A DNA stretch of 64,000 bases from an uncultured delta proteobacterium (GCA_963804165.1 CAWDPO010000034.1:32001-96000), one strand, 5' to 3'; positions 29,200 to 39,438 are shown, counted from the first letter of the stretch. Notes: generated by a model not told the origin, from the sequence alone. Numbers and translations are program-made.

Positions 29200-29760
29200 T
29201 CACGGCGTCGCCCGCACTACCGGTCGGTCGAGCAGCCGCTGCATCCAAGCTTTCACGTGCGGCAGGTCGTTGCCGATCGTGGTCTGATATCGTTGTAAGC
29301 GACAAAAAAATGGGATGTACGTGATATCCGCCAGCGAATACTCGCCGGCGATGTAATCCCTATCGCGCATTTCTTGATTCAGCGTCGCCAGATAGCCGCG
29401 CACTCTCTCTTTTGATTTTTCGACCTCGTGTTCGTGGGCGATATTTCCCGCTGCTGCCTGGAGTCGCGTGTTGCAGTAGTCGATCCAGATGCGCGCGCGT
29501 GACCGCTGCAATAGATCCTTGGGCATGAGCGGAATACCGGGATATTTTTCTTCGAGGTATTCGTCAATGATCGCCGACTCGTAAATCACGCCGTCGCCGT
29601 CCACCAGTACGGGCACTTTGCCGTAGGGATTGAGCTCTAACAGGTCCTTCGGTTTGTTCGAGAGATCGCATTCGATAAGCTCGTGGGAGAGTTTCTTTTC
29701 GGCCAGGACAATCCTTGTCCTGTGAGCGTAGGGTCAAGGCTGGTAGGAATAGAGTTTCAT
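29200..29760 (-). CDS. Glutathione S-transferase family protein, probable selenoprotein (Sec at codon 9)
   Basis: MKLYSYQP-UGA-PYAHRTRIVLAEK...LNPYGKVPVL...YESAII in one frame; AAAGGGG SD. Confidence 0.85.
29704..29722 (-). promoter_or_regulatory. Putative bacterial SECIS hairpin
   Basis: mRNA CAGGACAA-GGA-UUGUCCUG starting 11 nt after the in-frame UGA (29734-29736). Confidence 0.7.
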
Positions 29761-29780
29761 AACAATCCCCTTTCTATGTT

Positions 29781-30155
29781 TTAGGAGGCGCCGCCGAAAC
29801 GTTCGGTATTGACAATCGCCCGGCGATGCGTTCCTTCGCCAATTTTCACGCCCTGATCGTTCGTAGCCGACACCGTGTAGCGGAGCTTATGATCCTTTAC
29901 TTCCAGAAGGGAGGCCGTTACGGTTACGCTTTGGCCGATCTTCGTCGGCGCCATATGGCGCACGTCGACGTGCGTCCCAACCGTTTGTTCGTCTTCGTCT
30001 AGATACGGTTCCGTTAAATCGACACAGGTTCTTTCCATCAGACCGATCATGGCCGGCGTCGAGAAAACATCCGCTTTCAATTGTCGTGCGCGCATTTCCA
30101 AGGTCGTCACGTAACTTCGCGTGCGAGCTATTCCCGGTGTCAGCTCGTTCTTCAT
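29781..30155 (-). CDS. Fluoroacetyl-CoA thioesterase (FlK)-like hotdog thioesterase
   Basis: VFSTPAMIGLME, TVG, HMAPT, GEGTHRR. Confidence 0.88.
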   Translation of the reverse strand: MKNELTPGIARTRSYVTTLEMRARQLKADVFSTPAMIGLMERTCVDLTEPYLDEDEQTVGTHVDVRHMAPTKIGQSVTVTASLLEVKDHKLRYTVSATNDQGVKIGEGTHRRAIVNTERFGGAS

Positions 30156-30288
30156 ATCCGGAATATACGGGAGGTAGCGGTCGGTGCGCAATAGCTCGGC
30201 CGTAACAGGCGAGTGATGACGCAAACCCTTGTGACGTCAGATTCGATTCGTGCTATGAGGAAGAAGAATCTCTCAGGAGTTCGACAAT

Positions 30289-31329
30289 ATGCTGTTACCA
30301 TTTCGCGAGCATCTGGATTTCGGCCCAACCCCATACGACCTGCTGCAGGCCAAAGAGGGCATCCCGATCGTCAAAGGAAACGTCGTCAGCGACGTGACGA
30401 CCCTCGAGCTTAAACCATGGGAGCGTATGGGCACCCTCGGTTGTTATCTCAATCTTTCCAATCAGCAGCAGACGGACGCCTACGTTTGCGAGATCGCGCC
30501 GGGCGGCGAGACGTTGCCGCAGCGCCATCTCTTCGAGGAAATCCTCTATGTCGCCAGGGGACGCGGCGCGACGTCGGTTTGGCAGGAGGGTACGTCAAAG
30601 GTGACGTTTGAGTGGGGCGCGGGGGCGATTTTCGCTATACCGCTGAATTCCTCCTACGTTCACTACAATGGCTCGCGGGACGAGCCGGTGCGCTTGTTCG
30701 CAGGCACCACATGCCCGCGCATGATCAATATATTTCACAACGAGGAATTTATTTTTCGTAATCCGTTTAACTTTCGCGACCGTTTCCACGACGGCGAAGA
30801 GTTCTTGCGCTACAACAAACACAAGGCGGAGCGTTACTGGGAAACCAATTTGGTGCCGGACGTCAATCAGTTTGCACTCGACGATTTCCCCATGAAGGGC
30901 AAAGGCGTGAAGCACATGCGCTTCACCTTGGCCGATACGACTTACGGTTGTCACGTGTCGGAGTTCCCGCCGGGATGCCGCAGCACGTTTCATCGCCATG
31001 GTCCGGGTGCGGTGATTATTATTACCCAGGGTGAAGGGTACGTTGTCCTGTGGAAAGACGGCGAGGAGCGACGGCGCCATGACTTCAAAGTCGGCACCGT
31101 CTACTCACCCGACGACCTGATGTGGCACGGCCATTTTAATACCGGCAAAGGTACCATGCGCCATTTCGCGATCCGCGGCGACAGTCCGAAATACAGCCAC
31201 GATCGCTTCCGCAATCCGCTGTGGACGATGATCCCGATGGAAGACGAGCCGCCGGAGATTCACCGAGAATACGTGCAGATTCTGCGTGAAAAGGGCGTGC
31301 AAGCCGCGGTGTCGGTCGTCGAAGATTAA
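30289..31329 (+). CDS. Bicupin protein (gentisate dioxygenase-like fold)
   Basis: QRHLFEE...GRG and FHRHGPG...WHGHFN cupin motifs. Confidence 0.8.
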   Translation: MLLPFREHLDFGPTPYDLLQAKEGIPIVKGNVVSDVTTLELKPWERMGTLGCYLNLSNQQQTDAYVCEIAPGGETLPQRHLFEEILYVARGRGATSVWQEGTSKVTFEWGAGAIFAIPLNSSYVHYNGSRDEPVRLFAGTTCPRMINIFHNEEFIFRNPFNFRDRFHDGEEFLRYNKHKAERYWETNLVPDVNQFALDDFPMKGKGVKHMRFTLADTTYGCHVSEFPPGCRSTFHRHGPGAVIIITQGEGYVVLWKDGEERRRHDFKVGTVYSPDDLMWHGHFNTGKGTMRHFAIRGDSPKYSHDRFRNPLWTMIPMEDEPPEIHREYVQILREKGVQAAVSVVED

Positions 31330-31359
31330 AAAACCTACAGGGCAAGGCAGGAGGTTGTT

Positions 31360-32403
31360 ATGATGAACGGTCCGGTCATTGACGCCGATGGCCATGTGTT
31401 GGAGAAAGAGCGATACATTCGCAAGTATCTTGAAGCGCCCTGGGATAAGCGATCGACGTCGCTGCGCACCCGGGATCAACCCTGGGATGCCAATCTCTTC
31501 GACAGCTTCGAGATGGCGGTGCGCTGGGAAGATCTCAGCCCTAAGGAACAGATCGACGAATGGCACGCGGTGATGGAGCGCGAGGGGATGGTTCATGCGA
31601 TTTGTTTTCCCACCGGGTCGGGCAATGTCTCGAAAATCCAAGAGTTGGATTTCGCTCTTGCGGTGGCGCGCGCGTGCAACACCCATTTCGCCAAAGAATT
31701 TAACGCGCTGTCGGATCGAGTAAGTTGCGTCGGGGTTTTACCGTTGCGCGATCCCAAGGCCGCCGCTGAAGAGCTGCGCCGCGGCGTGACGGAGTTGGGC
31801 TTGAAGGGATTCGAGATCTTGCCGATGGGTTTGCCGATGGCGTTGGGCAGCACTTTTTACGACCCGGTCTACGCTGAAGCGGAAAAATTGGGCGCGGTGA
31901 TCGGTATCCACGGGTCGCGCAGCAACTCCCATGAGATCGGCGCGGCCAACTTGTCGACCTTCGCCGAAGTCCATTCGTACGCCTTCACGGTTGGTTTGCT
32001 GCTGCAGTTTACGCACGTGGTTTGCCAGGGTTTGCCGGTGCGTTTCCCCAAGTTGAAATTAGCCTTTCTGGAAATCGGCGCGACATGGCTTCCATACTAT
32101 TTGGACCGCTTGGATGAGCACTGGGAAAAACGCGCCAAACACGAGATGCCGCTGCTCAAGGAAAAGCCGAGCGATTTGGTGCGAAAATCAAAAATGTATT
32201 TCAGCCTCGAATCCGGCGAGTCGCTGTTGCCCGAGTCGATCAAGTACCTTGGCGCAGAGCATTTTCTTTACGCCTCGGACATTCCGCACTGGGATAACGA
32301 GTTCCCGGGCAATCTCCATGCGCTGAGAAATCATCCGCGCATTTCCGATGCGGATAAGGAAAAAATTCTTTACAGCAACGCAAAGGCACTATTCAGCTTG
32401 TAA
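31360..32403 (+). CDS. Amidohydrolase_2 family protein
   Basis: IDADGH, FLEIG, ASDIPHWD. Confidence 0.9.
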   Translation: MMNGPVIDADGHVLEKERYIRKYLEAPWDKRSTSLRTRDQPWDANLFDSFEMAVRWEDLSPKEQIDEWHAVMEREGMVHAICFPTGSGNVSKIQELDFALAVARACNTHFAKEFNALSDRVSCVGVLPLRDPKAAAEELRRGVTELGLKGFEILPMGLPMALGSTFYDPVYAEAEKLGAVIGIHGSRSNSHEIGAANLSTFAEVHSYAFTVGLLLQFTHVVCQGLPVRFPKLKLAFLEIGATWLPYYLDRLDEHWEKRAKHEMPLLKEKPSDLVRKSKMYFSLESGESLLPESIKYLGAEHFLYASDIPHWDNEFPGNLHALRNHPRISDADKEKILYSNAKALFSL

Positions 32404-32440
32404 AATGGTCTCGTCAGAATGGAATAGGAGTTAGCGCAGG

Positions 32441-33439
32441 GTGAAAGCACAAAAATTGAGTTTCCTATGTTTAGTGATCGCATGTTTGACGCTGCCGAAT
32501 GCCGCGGCGGCAGCGGACAAGCTTGTAGCCCTCTATTCCGCCCATGCGGTGCCGTACTCGATGCCTTGGGTGGCCGAAGAACTGGGGCTGTTCAAAAAGC
32601 ACGATATCGACTTTGATTTTGTTTATATCCCGTCTTCGTCCACCGCCACGGCGGCGATTCTCGGCGGCAACGTCGAGGTAGGCTTACTCGGCGGAGTGGG
32701 CATCGTCAACGCGTACGTCAACGGCGCAACCGATTTGGTCTTCATCGGCAGCATCAAGAACGTCATGACACAAAGCGTGCTGGCGAAGCCGGAGATTACC
32801 AAGCTCGAGCAGCTCAAGGGAAAACGAATCGGCGTGACGCGCATCGGCAGCAACACCCATTACTTTACTGTTCAAGCGTTTCGCCGCGCGGGGATGAATA
32901 CGGAGCGGGATATCACCTTCATTCAAACCGGCGGAGAGGCGGAAACCGTGGGCGCTCTCGTGGCCGGGCGGATCGATGCTGCCACATTGTTGCCGCCCAG
33001 CGACGGTAAAGCGATCGCGCTCGGATTCCGTTATGTGGTCTTTGGCCCCGACATCGGGATTCCCTACGCGGCCTCAACGATTGCAACGCGCCGCTCATTG
33101 ATCGCCAAACGCGGCCCGGTGGTCGGTCGTTTTATGCGCGCGATGGCCGAGGCTTCAAGGTCGATGCATAGGGATCGAGAGCTCGTATATCGGGTGATGG
33201 AGAAGAAGCTGCGCATCAGAGACCGTAAAGTTTTGGATGACAGTTACACGATCGAGATGAAGGTGATGGAGCCGCGCTTGGAGCTCAAGGCGCCGGCGAT
33301 CCAGCCGATGATCGAGGAAGTTGCCAGAACCAATGCGCGCGCCAATGAAATCAAACCGCAAGACCTTATGGATCGGCGCTATCTAGCGGAAATGGAAAGC
33401 AGCGGGTTTTTCAATCAGCTGTGGAGCGAGAAGCGTTAG
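32441..33439 (+). CDS. ABC substrate-binding protein, NMT1/SsuA-like
   Basis: Signal peptide, EQLKGKRIGVTRIGS, ALVAGRIDA. Confidence 0.88.
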   Translation: MKAQKLSFLCLVIACLTLPNAAAAADKLVALYSAHAVPYSMPWVAEELGLFKKHDIDFDFVYIPSSSTATAAILGGNVEVGLLGGVGIVNAYVNGATDLVFIGSIKNVMTQSVLAKPEITKLEQLKGKRIGVTRIGSNTHYFTVQAFRRAGMNTERDITFIQTGGEAETVGALVAGRIDAATLLPPSDGKAIALGFRYVVFGPDIGIPYAASTIATRRSLIAKRGPVVGRFMRAMAEASRSMHRDRELVYRVMEKKLRIRDRKVLDDSYTIEMKVMEPRLELKAPAIQPMIEEVARTNARANEIKPQDLMDRRYLAEMESSGFFNQLWSEKR

Positions 33440-33452
33440 CGACTGAGCCGAC

Positions 33453-33626
33453 TGAACGACCCTCGGCTCCAAGCCGAGGGGTTCTGAATCTGTCGACTGG
33501 AAGTCGACTCTTTATTCCGTCATTCCGGCGGAATCCATGCGGTTTTTGCACTTGAGCCGAAACGAAGCTGGATGCCGGCGTTCGCCGGCATGACGAACCT
33601 CACTTCGCCTGAAGACGAGGGATTTC
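33453..33626. mobile_element. Putative IS200/IS605-type non-autonomous remnant containing a CGTC-type REP
   Basis: Hairpin CCCTCGGCT-CCA-AGCCGAGGG at left, related degenerate hairpin at right, internal CGTCATTCCGGC...GCCGGCATGACG at 33518-33595. Confidence 0.5.
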
Positions 33627-34775
33627 CTACCTCACCGGCAAATCATTTTCCTTCAAGTTGAACCAATTGCGTGCATTCTCGCCGAGGACATGGCGGAGTT
33701 TGTCTTCTGTCATCCCCGGGATCTTTTTCACTTCGTTGACGGAGTTCGGAAATTCCGAGTCCCAGTGCCGGTAGTCAGAGGCATACATCACTTGCGTGAT
33801 GCCGATATCGTCGAGCACATAAGGCAATATCGTTTCCTCGGGCTCGCAGGTGAAAGCGACTTGTGAGCTCTTGATGATTTCCGACGGTTTCCGTTTCAGC
33901 AACGGCCACTGCGGGCCCAGCTTGTGAAAGTGTTCATCCATCCGTTCCGACCAGAAGGGCAGCCAGCCGCAGGCGCCTTCCATGAAGCCGACTTTCAGCT
34001 TGGGATAGCGGTCGAAAACTCCTTCGCCGATCAGGTGCATGAGCGCGATCATGAGCTCGAACGGAAACGACGTCATGTGGACGTAGCTGTATTTCTCCAT
34101 GCGCTCGCTGCCGGCACCCATGACTCCCCATACGCCGTACTGACCGTCGTGTTCGGTCTGCGGGTGAACCGACAGCGGCATACCGATTTCCTGCGCCGCG
34201 GCATAGACCGGATCGAACATGCGATGGCCCAAATTGATGCCGTAGACATTGGTCGGCAGCATAGCGGTGACAATGGAGCGCTGCTGCGCGAGATATTCCA
34301 GTTCCTTGACGGCGGCCGGCGGATCCTGGACGGGGATCAGACCGACGCCTTTCAGTCTTTTTGGGTCCGGCGCTAAATATTCTTCGACAAGCCATCGGTT
34401 AGCCGCGTGACAAACGGCAGCGGCTAACGGTTTATCGGCCATGCCGTTGACCATCAATGCGATGGACGTGCCGAAAATCACGGCGACATCGATCCCTTCC
34501 TCATCCATGTCAGGCAATCGTTTCAACGGATCGGTCATGCCGGGACGACTGCGCTCGATATGCGACGCGAAAACCTCGCCGCGGTCCGCACCGCCGCCCC
34601 AGCGGCGCCGCCCGGCCAGCCGTCCTTCGACCATCAGGTGGGAATACCCCGAGCTATCGGTCACCCGATTGGGCGCGAGGTGGGCGAGTTCCTTGGGCAT
34701 CCACTTGCCAAGCTCGCTGTCCGGTTCATTGCAATGGCCATCGGCATCGATCACGATCTGGGTTGCCATAGTCAT
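33627..34775 (-). CDS. Amidohydrolase_2 family protein
   Basis: IDADGH, DMDEEGID, FMEG, ASDYRHWD. Confidence 0.9.
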   Translation of the reverse strand: MTMATQIVIDADGHCNEPDSELGKWMPKELAHLAPNRVTDSSGYSHLMVEGRLAGRRRWGGGADRGEVFASHIERSRPGMTDPLKRLPDMDEEGIDVAVIFGTSIALMVNGMADKPLAAAVCHAANRWLVEEYLAPDPKRLKGVGLIPVQDPPAAVKELEYLAQQRSIVTAMLPTNVYGINLGHRMFDPVYAAAQEIGMPLSVHPQTEHDGQYGVWGVMGAGSERMEKYSYVHMTSFPFELMIALMHLIGEGVFDRYPKLKVGFMEGACGWLPFWSERMDEHFHKLGPQWPLLKRKPSEIIKSSQVAFTCEPEETILPYVLDDIGITQVMYASDYRHWDSEFPNSVNEVKKIPGMTEDKLRHVLGENARNWFNLKENDLPVR

Positions 34776-34927
34776 TCCTTTCTGGTCGAAAAAGATTTGT
34801 TATCTTCCTAATCGGCTTCGCGCCAGAATTGCAACTTCATTCATCGCGTTGCGCGCTTGGCGATTGTTGGGTAACAGATCGTTATGGTACGCGACCTGGA
34901 AGTGAATAGAAATGATCGCGGCTGCGC

Positions 34928-35989
34928 CTAACGGACTGGTCCGGCGAACGTGAATGGAGGACTCATCTTGGGTAGACCGAAACCGCAACGCTCTAGCAGG
35001 TAACGGTCGAATTCATCATCGGTGGCAAATCTGAACCGCGCCGCGCCGGTTTGATCCCAAAGTTCCCGCGACGGCACCTGACACTGATGGCAATTCGTTT
35101 CGGTGGCGCAATTGTCGCTCGGCGCGCCGGTGAGGATCGTTGCGGTTGTGCCGATTCTCGGGTCCGTGCCGCGCGCGTCGGCGCGGACCGTAACACCCTT
35201 GCCGCGGTAATCGATACCCGGAAAGCGCCGTGCTTGGCGATCCGGAGTCAGATCGACCGGCGTTTCCGTAAGAACCCCGCCACGAATCTCGTGCGTGTCC
35301 GCATCGAACTCGATTTCTTCTCCGGTTGGCAGCATGACCAAGTTGCGGGTGCCGCTATTGACGATGGCCGGCAGAAACATGCGCGGGAAAAAAAGCATGA
35401 GGCTGTTCATGATTTCGCTCAAGCGAAATACGCGGTCGCGCGATGGTACCCAATCCGACACCATCAAATGAATGTCTTGACGAGCCCGCTCATCAAAGCG
35501 GAATTGAAAATCCCTGGTGAAAAACTGGTTTTTCAGTGCATCGCGTCTCGGCGTGAGGATGGGGTTGCCGCCATAGTTGGAAAATTCAAAGCCGACGATC
35601 TCGCCGCGGCGTGTCATGCGATACTGCCACGCGGCTTTGCGTAACGCTTCCGATGAACGCGCGCTGATGGTGGTATTGTATTCCACGCGGCGCGACGCCT
35701 GGTCTTTTGTCGGCGCGCCGATTAGTGATTCCGGCAGCAGCCTAACGATTGTTTCCTTATGTTGTTTAGGTGCGGTGGTGATGTCCGTTTCAGGGAGTTT
35801 GGCGACTTCGGTCGGCACGTCGGCCTTCGCCGCCTCGGTTTCCTGAACGTCGGACTGCGCTGCGGAATTCGGGGGGGCCGAAACCGGCGCCGAGCGACAC
35901 GCTGTGAACACGCACGGTGTTAAGGCGCACAGAAACAGCGCAATCGTTGCGGGTCGTAGCGTATTTCCAAGCACCGGCTTCATCACCAT
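34928..35989 (-). CDS. Hypothetical lipoprotein
   Basis: FTAC lipobox, low-complexity linker, globular C-terminal domain. Confidence 0.7.
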   Translation of the reverse strand: MVMKPVLGNTLRPATIALFLCALTPCVFTACRSAPVSAPPNSAAQSDVQETEAAKADVPTEVAKLPETDITTAPKQHKETIVRLLPESLIGAPTKDQASRRVEYNTTISARSSEALRKAAWQYRMTRRGEIVGFEFSNYGGNPILTPRRDALKNQFFTRDFQFRFDERARQDIHLMVSDWVPSRDRVFRLSEIMNSLMLFFPRMFLPAIVNSGTRNLVMLPTGEEIEFDADTHEIRGGVLTETPVDLTPDRQARRFPGIDYRGKGVTVRADARGTDPRIGTTATILTGAPSDNCATETNCHQCQVPSRELWDQTGAARFRFATDDEFDRYLLERCGFGLPKMSPPFTFAGPVR

Positions 35990-36169
35990 CTCTACTGTTC
36001 GTTTTCGCTAACCTATTCTACCACACCCGCGCAACGTCTGTGCCCTACAAAACGCCGCTGGCGAGCACACGTGCGGCGCAAAAGCGTGCAAGAAAACGTA
36101 TTTGTGGTAGCGGCACAGGCACGGTCCGCGACGAATTTGACTGCGCCCATGAACAAAATAGACCGGGGA

Positions 36170-36805
36170 TTATCGCGTTTCATTGAGCTTGCCGATCTGC
36201 TCGGCGAGCTGGCCGGCGGTCATTACATAGCTCGGCGCAATCGGTAGGCCGGCAGACTCGAGAGCCTCGGCAACCCACGTGTTACAAGTTTTTACCAGAC
36301 TAAAGTTGTGGGTCGCCGGGTAAAAGCGGCTGTTGGCAACGAGCCCGGCGCTGGGTTGAGCGCGGCCAGTGCCCTGGCGTGAAAAAGTTTGCGCGATAAA
36401 ATCTTGCAATCGCGCATAGGCCGGGGCTGATAAATGCAGCTGGATTATCTCGGCGCGGCTATAGAAATATCTCACATCGCCGCTGAAACCGACGACGTGC
36501 AGCACGCTGCCGCTTGACCAAAGCGCCGCTTTGAGCGCCGAAAAAAATCCCGCGTCCGGGTTCGGAAAGTAATCTTTGTCGCCCCAGCTGAATTCGATGA
36601 AATGCGCTTGGGGAAAATCGACGAGCTCCGGCATGGCAGCGGATGATGTATCGCTTTTGGAAAGAACAATGGCGGCGTGCCAAGAGTCGTGGGCGATGAA
36701 TACCGATTTGCAGTTTCTTGGGGCGGTGGGGCACCCCCAATCCGTAGTTGGTCGTGCGCTTGCGTTAAGCAGCAAAAGGCTGATCAGTACGGCTGGCCAG
36801 ATCAT
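36170..36805 (-). CDS. DUF2459-like protein
   Basis: WHAAI, FSWGD, TCNTW motifs. Confidence 0.75.
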   Translation of the reverse strand: MIWPAVLISLLLLNASARPTTDWGCPTAPRNCKSVFIAHDSWHAAIVLSKSDTSSAAMPELVDFPQAHFIEFSWGDKDYFPNPDAGFFSALKAALWSSGSVLHVVGFSGDVRYFYSRAEIIQLHLSAPAYARLQDFIAQTFSRQGTGRAQPSAGLVANSRFYPATHNFSLVKTCNTWVAEALESAGLPIAPSYVMTAGQLAEQIGKLNETR

Positions 36806-36889
36806 ACAGGGAAGACTGCGAAAACTCGCGAGCCCACTCGATTCGAGCAGCAGTAAGCGAGCTAACCAATGGCGACCGACGACCGACCG

Positions 36890-38377
36890 TCAGCGCACGG
36901 AGTGGCGCCGTTCCACGCGCAAGGTGAGACCCTTGCGCTTGATATAGACTTGCACGGGCGCCTTGCGTTTGCTGATTTGTTCGATCAACGTCACAAGCGG
37001 CGCCGCGGTCGTTGCATATTGTTGCTGCGCGCGAGCGCCTCGCATCGCCGCAACCGCCTCTGCGCCGGCAAAATAGTGGAGCATCTTATCGTCGTCAGTA
37101 ACCGACGTGCCGCCGAACTTCTGACGAAATTCCTTGAGCGTTATATCCGGAGGTTGATTACCGACGAGCTCTCTGGCTCTCGGCCCATTGACCAGGCGAT
37201 CTTTCAGATTCGGTTCGATCGATCGAGCTTCTTCTTCGCCCCAAAAACCCAGGGCATAGAGCAGTACCTCGTCGGTGACTTCCTTGTACCGTGTGCCGAC
37301 CATGACATTAATGGCAGCTTGCACGCCGAAAAATTGCGAATAGGGCGTGACCATGATCGGATAACCGAACTCGGCCCGGACGCGCGATACTTCCTCCAGG
37401 ACTGCGGGCAACTGGTCGAGCTTGCCGAGACTGGCAAGCTGAGAACGAAAATTCGAAATCATGCCGCCGGGAACTTGATGCAGCGGGTGAAAAGCATCGT
37501 ATTCCAACGGTTTGCCCATAGGCAAATTTTCTTGTTTGGCGATCGCAGTGAAATGGTCGCGTACCGGTTTGATCAAGTTTTCGTCGATCTGGGTCCGGTA
37601 GCCGAGAGCGCGCGCGTTCATGGCGACATTGAAGATCGACGGATTGGACGAGCCATCGGCGAGCGGCGGAATCGCCGTATTGATCGAAGTGATGCCCGCT
37701 TTGATGGCTTCGAGACAGCATAGCGAACCGAGACCGGTATTGCAGTGAGTGTGGAATTCGACCCGTTTATCTTTTGCTTCCCGCAGGATCAAAGGTGCCA
37801 GGCGGCGCGTGGTTTCGGGTGTGAGCAATCCGCCGGGATCCTTGAAGCAGATGCGCGCGACATCGAGCTCGGCGGCCGCGCGCGTTCTTTCGACGAAGTA
37901 CGCGTCGGTGTGCTTCGGAGAAATCGAATAGATAATGTTCAGGATGGTTTTAAGTCCGGCCCGTTTGGCGGTGTCAACCGCGTGCTTCCAATGAATCGGT
38001 GTGTTCGAAGGATCCGAGGTACGCAGCTCGTCGATGCCATTGGCGGCGAGCCGTTCGAGCCAAAGGTCGGCGACGGCCGGGGGCGTGATTTGAAACGCCA
38101 GCATCGAGCGGCTACGGATCGAGCGCAGCGGCGTCTTTCGAATTCTCCGCTTAAGTGAGCGGACTCGCTCCCATGGATCTTCCTTGAGATCGCGCACGCA
38201 TTTTTTAAAGAAAGCGGACGACATGACTTCGACGGCCTCGAAGCCGGCGCGGTCCAGCCGTTCGGCTATCGGCAGCATCATGCCCGTCCGCATATTGGAA
38301 GCCCACAAGCTCAAATGACCATCACGTAACGTGGTGTCGACGAAGAAAATTTTGCCGGGATGGCCTTGGTCTCTCAT
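36890..38377 (-). CDS. Pyruvate carboxylase B/oxaloacetate decarboxylase alpha-like carboxyltransferase lacking a biotinyl domain
   Basis: DTTLRDG, EDPWER, KDPGG, HTH, HQVPGGM, GYPIMVTPYSQ; no AMKM. Confidence 0.88.
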   Translation of the reverse strand: MRDQGHPGKIFFVDTTLRDGHLSLWASNMRTGMMLPIAERLDRAGFEAVEVMSSAFFKKCVRDLKEDPWERVRSLKRRIRKTPLRSIRSRSMLAFQITPPAVADLWLERLAANGIDELRTSDPSNTPIHWKHAVDTAKRAGLKTILNIIYSISPKHTDAYFVERTRAAAELDVARICFKDPGGLLTPETTRRLAPLILREAKDKRVEFHTHCNTGLGSLCCLEAIKAGITSINTAIPPLADGSSNPSIFNVAMNARALGYRTQIDENLIKPVRDHFTAIAKQENLPMGKPLEYDAFHPLHQVPGGMISNFRSQLASLGKLDQLPAVLEEVSRVRAEFGYPIMVTPYSQFFGVQAAINVMVGTRYKEVTDEVLLYALGFWGEEEARSIEPNLKDRLVNGPRARELVGNQPPDITLKEFRQKFGGTSVTDDDKMLHYFAGAEAVAAMRGARAQQQYATTAAPLVTLIEQISKRKAPVQVYIKRKGLTLRVERRHSVR

Positions 38378-38466
38378 GGGGTGTCAGCAACGGCTCCACG
38401 ATTTCCTAGTCGATCGATTGTCGTAATGGAGTCCGGGTTCTTTTCGCCCGTTAGCTGTCGATTTTG

Positions 38467-39438
38467 TCAGTATCCCTGTTTGCGCAATTTGTCGAGAATG
38501 CTCGTGTCGAAAACATCGCTTGGCTTGACTTTGGCAGCGGCGGCGTTGGTTTTCCGTTCCTGGTCCAACAACAATTCGATGCCGTTGCCGTCGGGGTATA
38601 AATCCTTATCGATCTCGCCCAGCAGTACTTCCTCATAATAGTTCTTGAGAAAAGCATCATTGTTGAGTTGCAAGTGGCGGGCAAGCACCTCGATGGTGCC
38701 GCTGGCATTTGAAAATACGTATCGGGTCGCGTCGATGAGCGCTCGGACGATATTTTCCGCGGTACGGGGGTTCTCACGAATGTACTTACGACGAGTAAAG
38801 TAGCCGGACGAAAAAAAATGAGGAATCACCGAAGCGTATTCCAGCACAGGATGGAACCCCAACTCTTTAGCGCGCAGAGTGAATGGAGGGCCAAGAGCCA
38901 CGCCGTCGACGCTGCCCGATTGGAGCATGGCGAGACGCGTCGGCTGGCCACCGACGGTTTGAACAAAGATGACATCTTTGCCGACCTGCATGCCGAGCTT
39001 TTCAAAGACAATTCGACCGGAATAATCCGGTCCGCTGCCCAGAGTGCCGATGGCGATCTTTTTGCCACGCAACTGCTGAGCCGATTTTATGCTTTTGTCG
39101 GCAAAGACGACAAAATTGATACGATTGCTAAGCGCCCCAATATACACAAGATCCGACCCGCTCAGATTGGCCTTAATCACCGCGGGTGAAGCCGAGATCG
39201 CGACGTGCAATCGGTCACTCAACATCTCCTGAACGACGCTACGGCCGCCAGGCATATATATGACGTTGGCGTCCAGGCGATGTTTTTTGAAAAAGCCGAC
39301 GTCCTTAGCAATCCAGAGCGGCGATTGGACGCCGATGAAGGAGCTGTAAGAAACGTTGATATTCTGGCAGCGTCCGTCGCCGGTCAACACCAGTAAGGTC
39401 AAAACCCCCAAGATAATTATTAAGCGAGATCGGACCAT
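38467..39438 (-). CDS. ABC substrate-binding protein, NMT1/SsuA-like
   Basis: PLWIAKDVG, LRGKKIAI, RLAMLQSGSVD. Confidence 0.88.
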   Translation of the reverse strand: MVRSRLIIILGVLTLLVLTGDGRCQNINVSYSSFIGVQSPLWIAKDVGFFKKHRLDANVIYMPGGRSVVQEMLSDRLHVAISASPAVIKANLSGSDLVYIGALSNRINFVVFADKSIKSAQQLRGKKIAIGTLGSGPDYSGRIVFEKLGMQVGKDVIFVQTVGGQPTRLAMLQSGSVDGVALGPPFTLRAKELGFHPVLEYASVIPHFFSSGYFTRRKYIRENPRTAENIVRALIDATRYVFSNASGTIEVLARHLQLNNDAFLKNYYEEVLLGEIDKDLYPDGNGIELLLDQERKTNAAAAKVKPSDVFDTSILDKLRKQGY

